A program made the translations under genes and the position numbers. From the NCBI GenBank assembly GCA_000182565.2, contig KQ257459.1: DNA of 64,000 nt. One strand, given 5' to 3'. The stretch comes from Spizellomyces punctatus DAOM BR117. Lineage: Eukaryota. This document shows, piece by piece, positions 32,971 through 46,400 of this stretch. Below the pieces are notes generated by a model, which made no database searches, was not told the DNA's origin, and worked only from the letters and a program-made list of their open reading frames with translations. Each line of letters starts with the position of its first letter. Within the stretch, counting starts at the first letter, position 1.

Positions 32971-33989
32971 GTTGAAAGGTCGACTTATGGTTGCGCATCT
33001 GTAATCTGCGGAACAAGGCTTTTAGATCTCGTTGTGGAATGTGTTTTGAAGGCTCGATCACGACAGACGGTACCTTGGTGTCAGTTTACTTGAAACATCC
33101 TGAAGCTGACAAGTATGGAAAGTGCAGCGGCGGAGGGAAAAAGTCAGCAAACACAACGGAGGCAGAGGTTAAAGCGCAATATGTGGAGAAAAACTTACCT
33201 GCTTGTCGAGTAGCAGAGAATGTTGTTGTTATCGACCCAAACAAGCGCGACATTCTCTACTGCCAAGACAACAGTGGTATGACATTTTGCTACACCGCCA
33301 ACCAGCGAGCCGTGGAGACTGGAAGCCGTCGATTTGCAAAAGAACGGCAGCAGATGAAGAAGGAAGCGGGAATGGACCTCATAGAATCACGTATCCCTAG
33401 TCACAAGACAATGAACCTCATGGACTTCATGCGCTATCTCCTTGTTCGGTGCGCTGATTGGGATCGTCGCAAGGAATTCTACTCCCACCCTGCCCACACG
33501 CGATGGAAATGGCACTCCTTCATCAATCGGCAGTGAAGCGAATCAGACCTCATATCCAACATGCGCAACAAGTTTGGGAACTTTACCGTTGTGATGGGTG
33601 ATTGGAGCGACGCTGGTCGAACTGCGAGATTTCAGACCTCATCAAAGACAAAAGGCTGGCGCACCCTCTTTAAGCGGAACAGGATCAACTGCTTCCTTCT
33701 CGACGAGTACAAGACCTCATCTGTCTGCCCTCACTGTTCCTCTGGCGTTGAAAAAGGCTTCAAAACACGACCTCATTCAAGACCTTGGCGCCGTCGCGAA
33801 GGCAAGATTGAAAAAGTCCACGGATTGCTGGGTTGTACCAACCCTAACTGTTTACAGCAATCCTGGACGATGCGCTACTGGAACAGGGACACGCTGAGCA
33901 CCTGCAACATGCTGATGATTGTGCAATCAATGTTGGATGGGCACTGTAGACCAGAAGTGTTCAGCAGGAGTGTTCCAGCCGTAGCTTAG
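32971..33989 (+). pseudogene. Fz1: Fanzor1 nuclease, C-terminal part (RuvC I/II/III and Zn finger)
   Basis: VVVIDPNKRD, MGDWS, LLDEYKTSSVCPHC, GCTNPNC, WNRDTLSTCNM; 1-nt frameshift near 32976 and in-frame TGA at 33534-33536. Confidence 0.93.
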
Positions 33990-34003
33990 ATTGGTTAGAT
34001 TAG

Positions 34004-34093
34004 GTTTTCCGAGCCGGTTGTCGCGCGGTTCAATCCCTGGTGCGGGTGCTAGTGCCAATACCCATCGGCTCCGCACTAATCATTTATTCTGTC
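34004..34093 (+). ncRNA. Fanzor omega-RNA: scaffold 34004-34078 plus flank-derived guide from 34079
   Basis: GTTTTCCGAGCCGGTTGTCGCGCGGTTCAATCCCTGGTGCGGGTGCTAGTGCCAATACCCATCGGCTCCGCACTA; GAGCCGGT pairs with ATCGGCTC; overlaps the right TIR; 3' end approximate. Confidence 0.88.
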
Positions 34094-34526
34094 ACTAGTA
34101 TAAAAATATTCACACATTTTATTTTTTTACATGAGCCTTCTCTGTTAACATGCGCGGCAACTAAGCTCACATGTCCAAAGTGTAGATGTAAGCAGTTGTA
34201 GTCATAACTCGTAATCAGCGGCCGCGATCTTTGCCGCAGAAAATGTCACATTTGGGTTTTCCCACCCCCCCAAAAATTCCCACACCGTCAATAATAAGGA
34301 AAACTCTAAAGTTATTTTTAGCTTTTTTTTTAAAGTGATGTTGGGATATTGTTGAGTCTTTGCAGGAATCATCTTAAGAACCCTAATGGGCTTGAAAGAG
34401 TTCGATGGCATGAGTAAAGGGTGAACGATAAACAACCAAAAAACGAACAACAACAACAACAACAACAACAAGGACATAGAGTTGAAAAAACAGACCCTTG
34501 ACAAGGCACCCTCACACTCTAAAACC

Positions 34527-35674
34527 ATGACCTCAAAAAAAGACCCTAGTAAGATGCCCGACATTCATCTCGCCGTCGACGAATACCCTCTCACAAGTAC
34601 TTCAACACCCACCTCCTCGCTCTCGTCGCTGGACAACACCCCAGCACGAAGTAAACCCCTTCCAACCAAACTCTCCAAAACGTACGCAACGCACCTTGAT
34701 GCACTCTGCAGGGATCCCAGTGTGTTGACAACGTCGCGGGTGGTATCGACGAGGACGTTATTGTGGTGGAGGCTTGGGGCGGCGTTTTGGACGGTGTTTA
34801 TTATACCGTGGAGTTTGGCGAGAGGGGAGGCTCAGACTTATTTGTTTTATTTTACGCATTTGACGTGGGTGGGGTTGGGTGTATGGTTTTTGGTAAGTGA
34901 TGAGTCGGAATGTTGTTCGAGTTTTTTGTTGTGTGTTGACATTATTTGGATAGGTTTCGGCGTTCCAGACGTGGAGATTCAAAAGAGATGGATCCATGAA
35001 CGCTTTTTTAAAGCAATGCAAGTTTACGCAGTGGATTACTTGGAATCTCTATGTGTTGCCTGCAACCTTTCATTGGATTGTCCCAGTTGAGTCGTCTTTT
35101 TATCCCTCTTTCCTTGCGTTTACATGAAACTTATAGTGTTTTTGGTAGATTGTGTATTGGGCGCTATTATCAGGAAGTCTCTTACGGACCGGTAAAGCCA
35201 TCGACGTAAGTCCACCAAAAAAAAAAAAATAATCCAACAAGAGAAAATCACAATTCTGACCTTTATGATTTTGAATAGTGGTGGACAAACGTCAATGTCC
35301 ACGCACTAGATTTCGTCTTTATCATGGTGGAATTTTATTTGAACCGTGTACCCATGTATTATTCGCAATGGCCTCCTGTCATTGGTTCCGGGTTAGCTTA
35401 TTTGGGGTACGCATTCTTTCAGCATGGTGTGTATCAAGGGTACGATAAAGCTGACTAGTAAGTTTACTGTCGTATGAAATGTTGATTTGGGATATTTTTA
35501 TTGATTTTGTTTATATTGGTGTATAGTCCTGATGGATGGTGGGTTTATTCCTTTCTGAATACCTCCAAGGCGTCGGCGTGGGTATACTACCTTGTTCTCC
35601 CCCTTGGATTTGTCGGTGTGTTCTTGTTTGTTGTGTGGTTGCACAAGATTCGGGATCGTCGACGGGAACAGTGA
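34527..35674 (+). CDS. Multi-pass membrane protein (rolling-stone/FAR-17a-AIG1-like)
   Basis: LFYFTHLTWVG, IVYWALL, NVNVHALD, WVYSFL; four introns; TGA 35672-35674. Confidence 0.75.
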
Positions 35675-36262
35675 TAACCTTTTTGTGTGTCAAATTTTTT
35701 TTTTTTTTGGTATGGGGGACATCATTTTGTATTATAAGCAAAAGCAAAAGAGTAGATACATTTTTTGGGGGGTTTGGGAGGGGATAGGGTGATAGATGAT
35801 GGGCGATAGAATCCTCTTTTTTATACTGCTGCTACTACACAAACACTATACTCATATAAAACTGTGACTGCGACTGTGTCAAACATGTTTTTGGGTAACA
35901 AAGTAAACAAAAAACTATAAAACGCTGCAATGTTCTACCAAAAGTACGTTATTTCCGTCGTAATGCGCTCAAAAGCATTCATCAAGGAAAGCAAACCACA
36001 GTTACAAAAATGTGAACAGCGACTTGTGATGCACGCATAACATGATGCTGTGAATATACTGTACTGTTTTCTCCAAAAGATCATCCTGTCGTTCGTGATG
36101 CATTCTAGGTGACAGTGACAGTGATCGATCATATTTACCCCACATAAACAAACGAATACAATTCCTCCCCCCCCCCCCCCCCCCAAAAAAAAATGCCAAA
36201 ATGGTTTTTCCAAAAAAAAAAAAGATTATAAACAAACTATCTACCACTACACCAAAAAAAAA

Positions 36263-37080
36263 CTAGGTATCATCCACCTTTAACCTCTCCAACAACTCCT
36301 TCAACTCATCCACAACCCGAACAGCTTCATCCGTCGTCGTAATACGTTCCAAACGTTCAGTAAGGAGGGCAGGATCGAGTGTTGTGGAATGATTGGGGTG
36401 GTGTGTTGTGCAAAGTGATAGGATTTCAATCAACTAAAAATGAAAAAGGTTAGAATAGTGTGATGGAAGTTGGGATGGGGGATAGGTTTACCTTGCGAAG
36501 ATCATTTAACAGTGTTTCTGTACATTCCGTGACTCGCAGCATGTTGAGACGGGATTGAACGAGTTGGAGGGGTGTGCGTTGAAAATGGTCTGTAGCATCC
36601 ACATTTGCATCTGCAAAAGAAATTCATACACGTTAAACACCGACAAAAAAACAACAACAACAAAAAAAAAAAAAATAACATACTCGCACGCAACAGCACC
36701 AAAACAACATCAACTTGACTCGAACAAACCGCCAAATGCAACGGTGTATTCCCATTCACATCCCGCGAATCCACATCCGCACCCCGATCCAATAATAGGG
36801 TTACTAAATCAGCATGTCCACCCGCACACGCAAAATGCAAGGCAGACCGTCCTTTATCATCCCGTGAATTCACATCCCCCTCCCGTTTTCGTCGCTCTTT
36901 TTTGGAAACCCGCCCAGAGAGGACTTGTCTCAATTTATCGCTTGTGGAGGATGATGGTGGTGGTGGTTTGGTATCCATTGTTGGGGAATTCATGGGTGTT
37001 GATGATGGTGTGTTGTAGAGGGAGGCGGGTGAGACGGAGAGACGGAGGGATGTCGGTCGTGATACGTATTTGGATTTCAT
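36263..37080 (-). CDS. Ankyrin-repeat protein (ANKRD54-like)
   Basis: DDKGRSALHFACAGGHADLVTLLLDRGAD, DVNGNTPLHLAVCS; C-terminal VDELKELLERL. Confidence 0.8.
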
Positions 37081-37559
37081 TGTAATGGACAGTGTGATGT
37101 TGGTGAAACGCAATATAAAAAGTGCAAACGGAACAAGTGAGGTCAAGCGCGCTTTCGTTCGGCCCCCAGAAGCCGCATCTATGCTTAGTAACATGATTAT
37201 CCAGAAATAGCCAATAAACTCATGTTCTCTACCTTATAACATCTTTTAGGATACGATATAACAGTAAACGATAAACGCCCTTCCAAAAAACCCCCTCCCA
37301 ACACCATTTTAAAAAAAAAACCCCCAACAAACCCCCAATACACACCCTCCAAAACCCAACAACTTTTATACACCTACCAACTTGATACCTGCTGCCCATT
37401 CTTGACCCCCTTGACAGTAGACAGTACTGTGCTGCACCGCCACACCCGCCACACACGTGTAACTCCGTTCAGTGTCATTTCACCTTTCGCATTCTAAAGC
37501 TGGTTTCTCTTTTTGAGATTCCTTCTCCCCCACCATTGCGTACAGGCATTTGGAACGGC

Positions 37560-37650
37560 ACTCACACACGCACTCACACACGCACGTACACACGCACTCA
37601 CACACACACGTACACACGCACTCACACACGCACGTACACACGCACGCACA
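37560..37650. repeat. CA-rich compound microsatellite (about 24-bp period)
   Basis: CACTCACACACGCACGTACACACG repeated. Confidence 0.85.
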
Positions 37651-38518
37651 TAACACACAAAGGAGATACAAACAACAATGGGCAACGTACGTAACCCCCA
37701 ACAAATACCAAAAACACAACAAAATGACTAACGAGATTCGGATTAGGGCCAAAAAGCTCAAATGCGACGAGACAAACTCGCCAAGGAAAAATCAGGGGGA
37801 TCTAAATCCCAACTCAAAATCGCAAGTAGAAACAAATCATTCTCTCACTGTACATTCTGTTGATTGGGGTGTTGCAGAATGAAGCAGCGAAAACCCATCA
37901 ATGCCAAACATGTCGACAAACATTCTTAATGACCATTCGACAAAAGGTTAGAAATAACGTTTCGTTTTTTTGGAATGTGTTATTGATGGGGTTTTTGTTT
38001 AGGCGCTTGAAGAACATGTTTTGAATAAACACCCTGGAAAAGAGTTTGCGAGTTGTTTTCCGGGGTATACTTGCTAAAAAACCACCGTCTTCTTCGTTCT
38101 TTCTATCCTCCTTTTTTTATTTTAATCAATAGTATATATATATTTCGTGTTTGTGTGATGGATAATACTCGTATCTCAAAACTTTATTAGTTGACGGAAT
38201 ACACATGAACGATTTGCTGAATTGTACATGCATATATGCAATGTCCAAATGTACGTGAATGAACCTCGAATGTTCACAATTCACCAAAAAACAAAAACTC
38301 TCACCAAAAAAAAAAAAAAAAAAACAATTCAAAAGACGCAAAACACAACCATTATATTATCCCAAACACCCCCAAAAAATAACCACCCGAAAAAAAAAAA
38401 AGCCTACATATACAATAACCACTTGCATCAGCATCACCCCTTCCACTTCTACACAAACAAAAAAAAAAAAAACAATACACATCAAAAACCGCATCACCAA
38501 AACTCACAAACCAATAGT

Positions 38519-40321
38519 TTAACCCACCTGAACACTCCCACTCGTCCCTCTCTTACGTCCATTCCCACGTCCAGCCCCATTCGGATGCGTATACGTACTA
38601 AAAGTCTGAGCAGGGATAGGACGAAACGGTTTGGCGTAGCGGTCAATAGGGGGTAAACCTCTCTGCTGCTGTTGTTGTTGGTGATGCGAGGAGAGATGGG
38701 GGACGGATGAGAGTGTCGTTGTAGTGGTAGTTGTAGTGGTGGTGGTAGTAGTAGTGGGTTTGTCATATCCCCATCGTTCAGACCATAATTCAGACCGTTC
38801 CGATCGGCGCCCAGTAATCCACTCATGTAAAAGGGCATCAGAAGGACGCATCCGTTTAACAGGATCCCATTCCAAACACTTGTTGACAAAATCCACAAAA
38901 AGGGGGTCAGCTCTCAAGACGGAACTCAGGGATTTGGAATCTGGGCGTCGTTTTTTGCCTTTGGAGTTGGGTACGATGCGAGGGTGGGGGCCATCAAAAA
39001 AGTTTTTGCGGCGGGTGGAGCGGTCTAGGAGGGTTACCGGTGGGAGGCCCTTGAGTTCCATGATGCAGGCGAGTTGTTCGGTTTCGTTTTCGCCGGGGAA
39101 GAGGGGGTAGCCGGTGTAGAGTTCGGTTAGGATGCAGCCCAGGGACCACATGTCGATGGAGGCGTTGTAGGATATGCCTGAGTGTGTTGGAGTGTGTTAT
39201 GACAGCGCGGTACACAATGGCGAGAAAAAAAAGACAAAACTCACCCAAAATCACTTCAGGACTCCGATAAAACCGACTCTGAACATAGGTATAGATTTTC
39301 TCATCCTCAAAACAACTACTCCCAAAATCAATTACTTTGATGCGATACCCGACTGTATCCCCACTCATAGCATTATTCACAGCATTCGGCGCATTCCCAT
39401 CCACCCGCGACGGATGCGTCACACTCGGATCCTGCAACAAGATATTCTCTGGTTTCAAATCACAATGCACAATCCTCGATCTCGATAAAAGATCCAAACA
39501 ATGGAGCATCTGGACCGTAAAGGATTTAATCACACCCAAATGGACGCCACGGAATCCACCTGCTTTCAGCCATTCGTAAAGGTTCATTCCCAACAACTCA
39601 AACGTGATACACAAGTGGCCACGAAAGAGAAAACTGTCAACCATGTGGACGATCGAGTGGCTATCGTCTGCGTCTTCCATTTTAAGGCGTTCAAGAACTT
39701 TGACTTCGACGGCTCCTTGCTTTTCAAAGCGTTTTTTGTTGCGGATGATTTTCAAGGCAACGTTGGATTTGGTCTTGTGGTCGTAGCATTTGACGACTTG
39801 GCCGAATGAACCTTTGCCAAGGAGTGACAGGATCTCGTAGCGGTACCCAACGTGATCGTGTTTGGTAAGGTAATAGTCGCCGCGAGAGTCGTCATAGCCT
39901 AACCAAAAGAATCGAGTTTGTTTAATCAAATGTTGAATACCCCTACACCAAAGTACACATTTGCAAAAACGTATTCTTACCACTATTGTAAACACTCTTG
40001 TCATCATCCTTTGCCGTTCCAGCTGCATTACACGTCTCTGCCAAATCAGCACCCGTCTTGCGTTTCGTTCCTCCAATTTTCAATATACTCGCAGCACCCG
40101 CAAAATAAATTTCTTTAAACTCGTAGATTTCTCGCTGCTCATAGGGGGTGAGTAGATCATTATAGTATATAATGGTGGCTTCGGGGGAGAGCGGGAGTTT
40201 GAGGTCTCGGAGGGTAGAAGTGGGGATGCGCGCGCTAATGGGCCGTTGCTGCTGCTGCTGCTGCTGTTGCTGTTGCTGTTGTGGTGACGGTGGTGCTAGT
40301 TGTGGTCGTGGTTGCGATGGT

Positions 40322-40355
<34 letters not shown>

Positions 40356-40864
40356 TTTGCTGTGGTTGTTGGCTGCGACGCGCGTCGGGGTTGCGGTAGG
40401 CTGCGTCTTTGGATGGAACGCGCGGTTTGGATGGAGGTTCATTATGGTATTTTGGTTTCACATCAACCTTTACAGGTATAGCAGCCTGGGCAGTACTAGA
40501 GGTAGTAGCAAGAGTTGCAGCAACGGGTGGCCTTGTTCGAGATGATGCATGATCTGCGAAACCACCCTCAGGTATGGCGTACGAAGAGGACGTGTATGGC
40601 GACTGTGACTCGATTCGAGACCGGACATGCTGCTTGGAAGGATGCTCCATGTTTGTTTTAGACAGCGAGCCCGTAGAGCGTCGCCCATCTCCCCGATGAT
40701 GGGATTCACTAGCATATTTTCCAGAGGGCGAGATGGGAGACTTTGGAACGGGCAAGAGGGACCGGTTCATGACTTTACGGACCGAGCCGGGTGAGCCACC
40801 CGAGGACGTGCTGGTGCTCGATTGGAGTGGAGAGTCGAGATGTTGTTGCTGTTGCTGTTGCTGC

Positions 40865-40898
<34 letters not shown>

Positions 40899-42105
40899 TT
40901 TGCTTGTATGGACCTGCAGCTCCGGCACCTCCGGGACCCCCGGCACCACCGCCAACATGATTGGTATAATGGCCTGTATGATGGCTCGTATTGCTATAGA
41001 GTAGGCTCGTTGGTGTGTTTGCCATGGAATTTAATGTTGACGGGGGCGTATCCAGCATATTCATAGAGGCAAGCGAGTCTGCCATCAGGTCCATGTTGGA
41101 TTTCCCTCTGGGCCGCCCAGAGGGACTTTTACGCTCTAGTCCCGAGGTTTTATTAGTAGTGTTGACACTGGCAATGTGGGACGGGTATGCATCGTAGCCT
41201 GCTGCGGTATGGGATCCCGCCGTGCGTCCTGCTCCAGACGCTATTTTCACTGCTGCATGATTTTGTGCAAAAGAGGTAGATGATCCAACAGCAGCAGCAG
41301 TAGCAGTAGCAGGAGCCCCAGCAGCAGGAGCGTAGCCGCGATGCCCGCCCGATGGTCCGCCGGAAGTACCTCCGCGGGGATCTCCACGGCCATCGCGTCG
41401 TTGGACGGCCGACGGAATGGACGCCATTTCAAAGTCTGCAACGGAAGGAATGGGCGGTATGCGCGGAGGAGCAGCGGGAGCAGAGAATCGCAAAGAGCGT
41501 TGATGCGGGTAATGCGGCTGTGGAGCGACGGGTAATGAGGTAGTGGCTTGAGCGTAACCTGCCGTATGGTGGTGGTGGTGGTGGTGGTGGTGATTCAAAG
41601 AGGAAGCGCCGTACGAGGAACCACCGAGTGACGGCACACCGAGTGACAATGCCAAGGACGACTGGGACGACTGGGACGAAAAGGACGATGCTTGTTGCTG
41701 TTGTTGTTGTTGGTGGTGGTGGTGAGAATAGAGCGACGGAGGGATCAGAGAGGATCCTTGTTGCGCCAAGGACGCCAGTGACGTGGCGGAATGACCCACC
41801 AACGATGATGATGACAGGGCCGATCCCGAAAACGGAGCACCACCCACACCAACGTGAAAGACTCTTGCCCTTGGCTGAGCACCCGCTAGAGCACCCGCAC
41901 CTCCACCTGCAACAAGAGCAGCAGCACTCGAACTAGCAACAGTAGGAGCAGCAATAGTAGTAGTACCAGTAGTAGAAGAAGAAGAAGAAGACAATGAATA
42001 GCGATCCAAAGGAAAATACTTTTCCGAGCGTTCTGGAGGGGAATAGACTGAGGAGGTTTGAGACGAGAGATGCGGAGCGTAGTAGGGTTCTGTAACGACG
42101 TGCAT
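38519..42105 (-). CDS. DYRK2: Dual-specificity kinase of the DYRK2/Pom1 class with polyQ/polyH N-terminus
   Basis: DH-box YDDSRGDY, LGKGSFGQV, HCDLKPEN, DFGSSC, YTYVQSRFYRSPE; two introns. Confidence 0.9.
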
Positions 42106-42550
42106 TTGTGTGTATGGTGGTGTTGTTTGCCCAGAATGAGGCGAACAATAAAGTCGCTTTTGGCGCACCAAAGGTTACGACGACGGATGCAGTGTGTTTA
42201 CAGCAAAAAAGGGGGGGAGTCCGTGTGTGCTCTCTCGTTTGTCGTTTGTCGCTTGCTCGTTCCTAGTTGTCTGTCCAAAAATACCCCAATGCCCAATCTC
42301 TCTACATGGACACCCCTCAACAAAAGACAAGAACAAAAGAACACGACTAGTGTCAAAATTCTAAAATCACCTTGTCCGTTTGCGTGTGTTGAGTGTGAGT
42401 GCGTGTGTGTGGCGTATTTTGACTTTTGGGCGGGTAGAGGCGGGTAGCAGACTAGTAGGTGGGAAAGCAAATCTCTGTTAATCTAAACGTAAAAAGAATG
42501 CAAAATACGAGTAAACCTACTGTTTACAAGAGTTGCATGAAATGAATGAA

Positions 42551-42566
42551 TGTATGTGTATGTGTA

Positions 42567-42601
<35 letters not shown>

Positions 42602-42982
42602 GTGTGTGTGTGGGAATAAAATAATAAAAAAAAAGAATGACGCGTAAAAGAGAGAAGGCACGGGAGGGGCTGTTCACTTGATGTATAAATGTACTAGTAG
42701 TAAGAGAGAGAGAGAGAGAGAATGAATATTACTCTCTCTAATTAGAGTGTGAATTTCCTCTTGTTTTCATCTCTCTTATTATTATTATTATCATTATTCC
42801 ATACGCATGTTATTCTCTTTCTATTCTCTCTCTTTAATTATTCCCATTGCTGTTGGAAATGTCTCTTTCTCTTTTTATTCCATACGCGTTATTCTCTCTG
42901 TCTCTGGCTTTAGAAGGGAATGTGTCACACGCCTTTATTCCCACACACACACACACACTCTCTCTCTCTCTCTCTCTCTCTC
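42551..42982. repeat. Microsatellite cluster (TATGTG, GA, CA, CT)
   Basis: Visible dinucleotide and hexanucleotide runs. Confidence 0.85.
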
Positions 42983-43420
42983 TGTCTTTTGTACACTCAC
43001 TCTCCCGCTTTCTAAAACATTTATTGAACCCTTGTTTTTTCTTTCTTTCTCTTCTTTTGCACTCCCATCATGTATTATATGAACGGTTCTTTTCTTCTCA
43101 TTTATCTATATATGTATATATTATATCTATAATAGGAATGAGGCGTATTCACGTGTAGTACACACATAAGCAACGGTAAAGATTTGACTTGTAAGCCGCT
43201 CTCCATCCAGTGGGATTATGTGTGCTGTTTCAACCACCATCTTTTTTATTCTTTATGCAAAAGAGGATGATGGAGAATATAAAGAGAGGGATTGGGGGAA
43301 TTTCCCCTCTCGTTTTTACGTTCCCACGCACTTACAGGGGACAAACGACCGAACGATTTATAGATATCCATCTCTAGATTTTGCTATATACATTTGACAT
43401 TTTGAGTATCAACGAGCAAG

Positions 43421-46400
43421 ATGCGCATCTTGTCATTGATTCCCATCTTGCTCTTGACGACGACGCAGGACTTTGGTCATGCCGCCCCCATGGTAGAAAC
43501 ATCCCTCGCTCCAGGTAAACCGTTAGGATTTGGAATGATTACATTGTCGATCAAATCTGTAACACGCGTCGTTTTTTTAATGAATAGAGGGGACACCGAC
43601 TGGCGGTGCGAGCGGCATTGAGGTCTTGTCGACTCCACAATCATCATCTCCTGTCGCTTCTCAAAAGCCAAAAAAGTGTCGTAGAAAAAAGAACAAGCAC
43701 TCGCAAGTGCCAACACCTACTACGACATCCAGCATCGAGATTAGTGTAGCTACACCCACGGGAAACAATTTCATTAATGAACCACAGGGTACTCCTCAGG
43801 GTATGCCTCAGGGTGCACATCAGGGTAACCCTACCGATCCAAACCCGATTATCACACCCGATCGCTCCGATGAGACGCGTTTGCCCATCCAAATCATTCA
43901 GACGGGTGTCCCCATCCCGATGCCCGTCATTGAGCCCTCAAAGCCCGTAGAGACGGGCATGCCCAGAGACAATGGAATACCCACAGAGACTCCCAGAGAG
44001 CGAGAAGAAGAGATGCCTGTCCAGATCTCGACCATTCCCTTCCCTACCGGCATGCCAAACGAAAACAATGGTAACCGCGGGAATAACAACATGCCCCACG
44101 AGAACAACGGTAATCGCGGGAATAACAACATGCCCCACGAGAACAACGGTAATCGCGGGAATAACGGAAACAACAACAACATGCCACACGGGAATAACGG
44201 TAATGGCGGAAACAACGGAAACAACAACAACATGCCACACGAGAATAACGGTAATGGCGGAAACAACGGAAACAACAACAACATGCCACACGAGAATAAC
44301 GGTAATGGCGGAAACAACGGAAACAACAACAACATGCCACACGAGAATAACGGTAATGGCGGAAACAACGGAAACAACAACATTGTCACCACCACCGTCC
44401 TCGAAACTGTCATTCAAACCATCACCGATTCCGCCGCATGCACAACCACCACCATCAACAATGGCGGAAACAACAACAATGGCGGTTCTCAATCCACCAC
44501 CACTGTCCTCGAAACTGTTGTCGTCACTCGATCGGATTCTGCGGCGTGCACGACGACTTTACCCACGCCCACGCCCACGCCAGGTGGAAACAATGGCGGA
44601 AATAACGGTGGTTACAACAATAACAACGGCAACAATGGCAATAACGGTGGTTACAACAATAACAACGGCAACAATGGCAATAACGGTGGTTACAACAATA
44701 ACAACGGTAACAAGGGCAATAACGGTAACAACGGAAACAATGGAAACAAGAACGAAAGTAGAAACACCCCCACCCCAACGCCCACTCCAACACGTACCTC
44801 TGAAAAGGGTTCCAATCTGGTCAAAAAACGACCGCTGCACCCACGCCGACACCTACCCCCGGAAAAGGACTTCAACCCGGTGACAACAAAAACGACGGTG
44901 GTGCTGCCAAGGACAACAAGAACAACGGCGGAGCTGCCAAGGACAACAAGAACAACGGTGGGGCTGCCAAAGACAACAAGAACAACGGCGGTAACAACGG
45001 AGGAGCTGCCAAGGACAACAAGAACAACGGCGGCAACAACGGAGGAGCTGCCAAGGACAACAAGAACAATGGCGGTAACAACGGAGGAGCTGCCAAGGAC
45101 AACAAGAACAATGGCGGTAACAATGGAGGAGCTGCCAAGGACAACAAGAACAACGGCGGTAACAATGGAGGAGCTGCCAAGGACAACAAGAACAACGGCG
45201 GTAACAATGGAGGAGCTGCCAAGGACAACAAGAACAACGGAGGAGCTGCCAAGGACAACAACAACAACGGTGGGGCCGCGAAAGACAACAAGAACAACGG
45301 CGGTAACAATGGCGGTGCTGCCAAGGACAACAAGAACAACGGTGGTGCTGCCAAGGACAACAAAAACAATGGCGGTAACAATGGCGGTGCTGCCAAGGAC
45401 AACGGCGGAGCCGCAAAAGACAACAAGAACAATGGCGGTAATAACGGGCGGAGCCGCCAAGGGAGGAGACAACAAGAACGTCTCCCCCGGTGCGGCCAAA
45501 TTCTGCCAAACTTTGGCAACCTCCCCATCGGTGACGGCACCCAAATTCGCACCGGCTTCTGCTCCCAGACCGCCCAAGGTGCCATCCCCTCTGCCAACAA
45601 ATGGTCTCGACCGTCATTGTCCAACCTGAAAACGAGGCCACAATCCCCATCGGTCAAGACTTTAAAGTCCAGATCAATGTAGCTAATCTCCAAACCGGCT
45701 TCTTTTCTGACCCCCAAACCCTCTACTACGCCCTCCCCCAACAACTCAACGCCCAGGGTATCATCCAAGGCCATCAACACATTACCATCCAACGCATCGC
45801 AGCCAACGCCAACGACAACCTCGCGGCCCCCGACGCCCAAATCTTCCAGTTCTTCAAAGGTCTCAATGATCCCGCCGATGGATCTGGCAATATGGAGACA
45901 ACCGTCCCTGGAACGTCATTCACAACCTCTGGACCCGGGGTCTACCGTATTTGTTCCATGTCGGGATCGTTTTCGCATCAGCCGCTTGTGATGCCCGTTG
46001 CTCAGCGTGGAGCCCAGGATGATTGTATTCGGGTCAATGTTGTTGCGCAAGGGAATAAGCAGGCTGGTAACAAGCAAGCTGACAATAAGCAAGCCGACAA
46101 CAAGCAGGCGGATAACAAGCAAGCTGACAATAAGCAAGCTGACAATAAGCAGGCGGATAACAAGCAAGCTGATAATAAGCAAGCGGGCAACAAGCAAGCT
46201 GACAACAAGCAGGCGGATAACAAGCAAGCTGATAATAAGCAAGCGGGCAACAAGCAAGCCGACAACAAGCAGGCGGATAACAAGCAAGCTGATAATAAGC
46301 AAGCGGGCAACAAGCAAGCTGACAACAAGCAAGCTGACAACAAGCAAGCGGATAACAAGGAAGCTGACAATAAGCAAGCTGACAATAAGCAGGCGGATAA

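Larger units (their letters stand above)
21786..34078 (+). mobile_element. Fanzor1-encoding TIR DNA transposon (Spu-1-like, about 2.1 kb without the nested insertion), TA duplication, no transposase
   Basis: TAGTGCGGAGCCGATGGGTATTGGCACTAG (21786-21815) is the exact reverse complement of 34049-34078; encloses the split Fanzor ORF. Confidence 0.95.
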
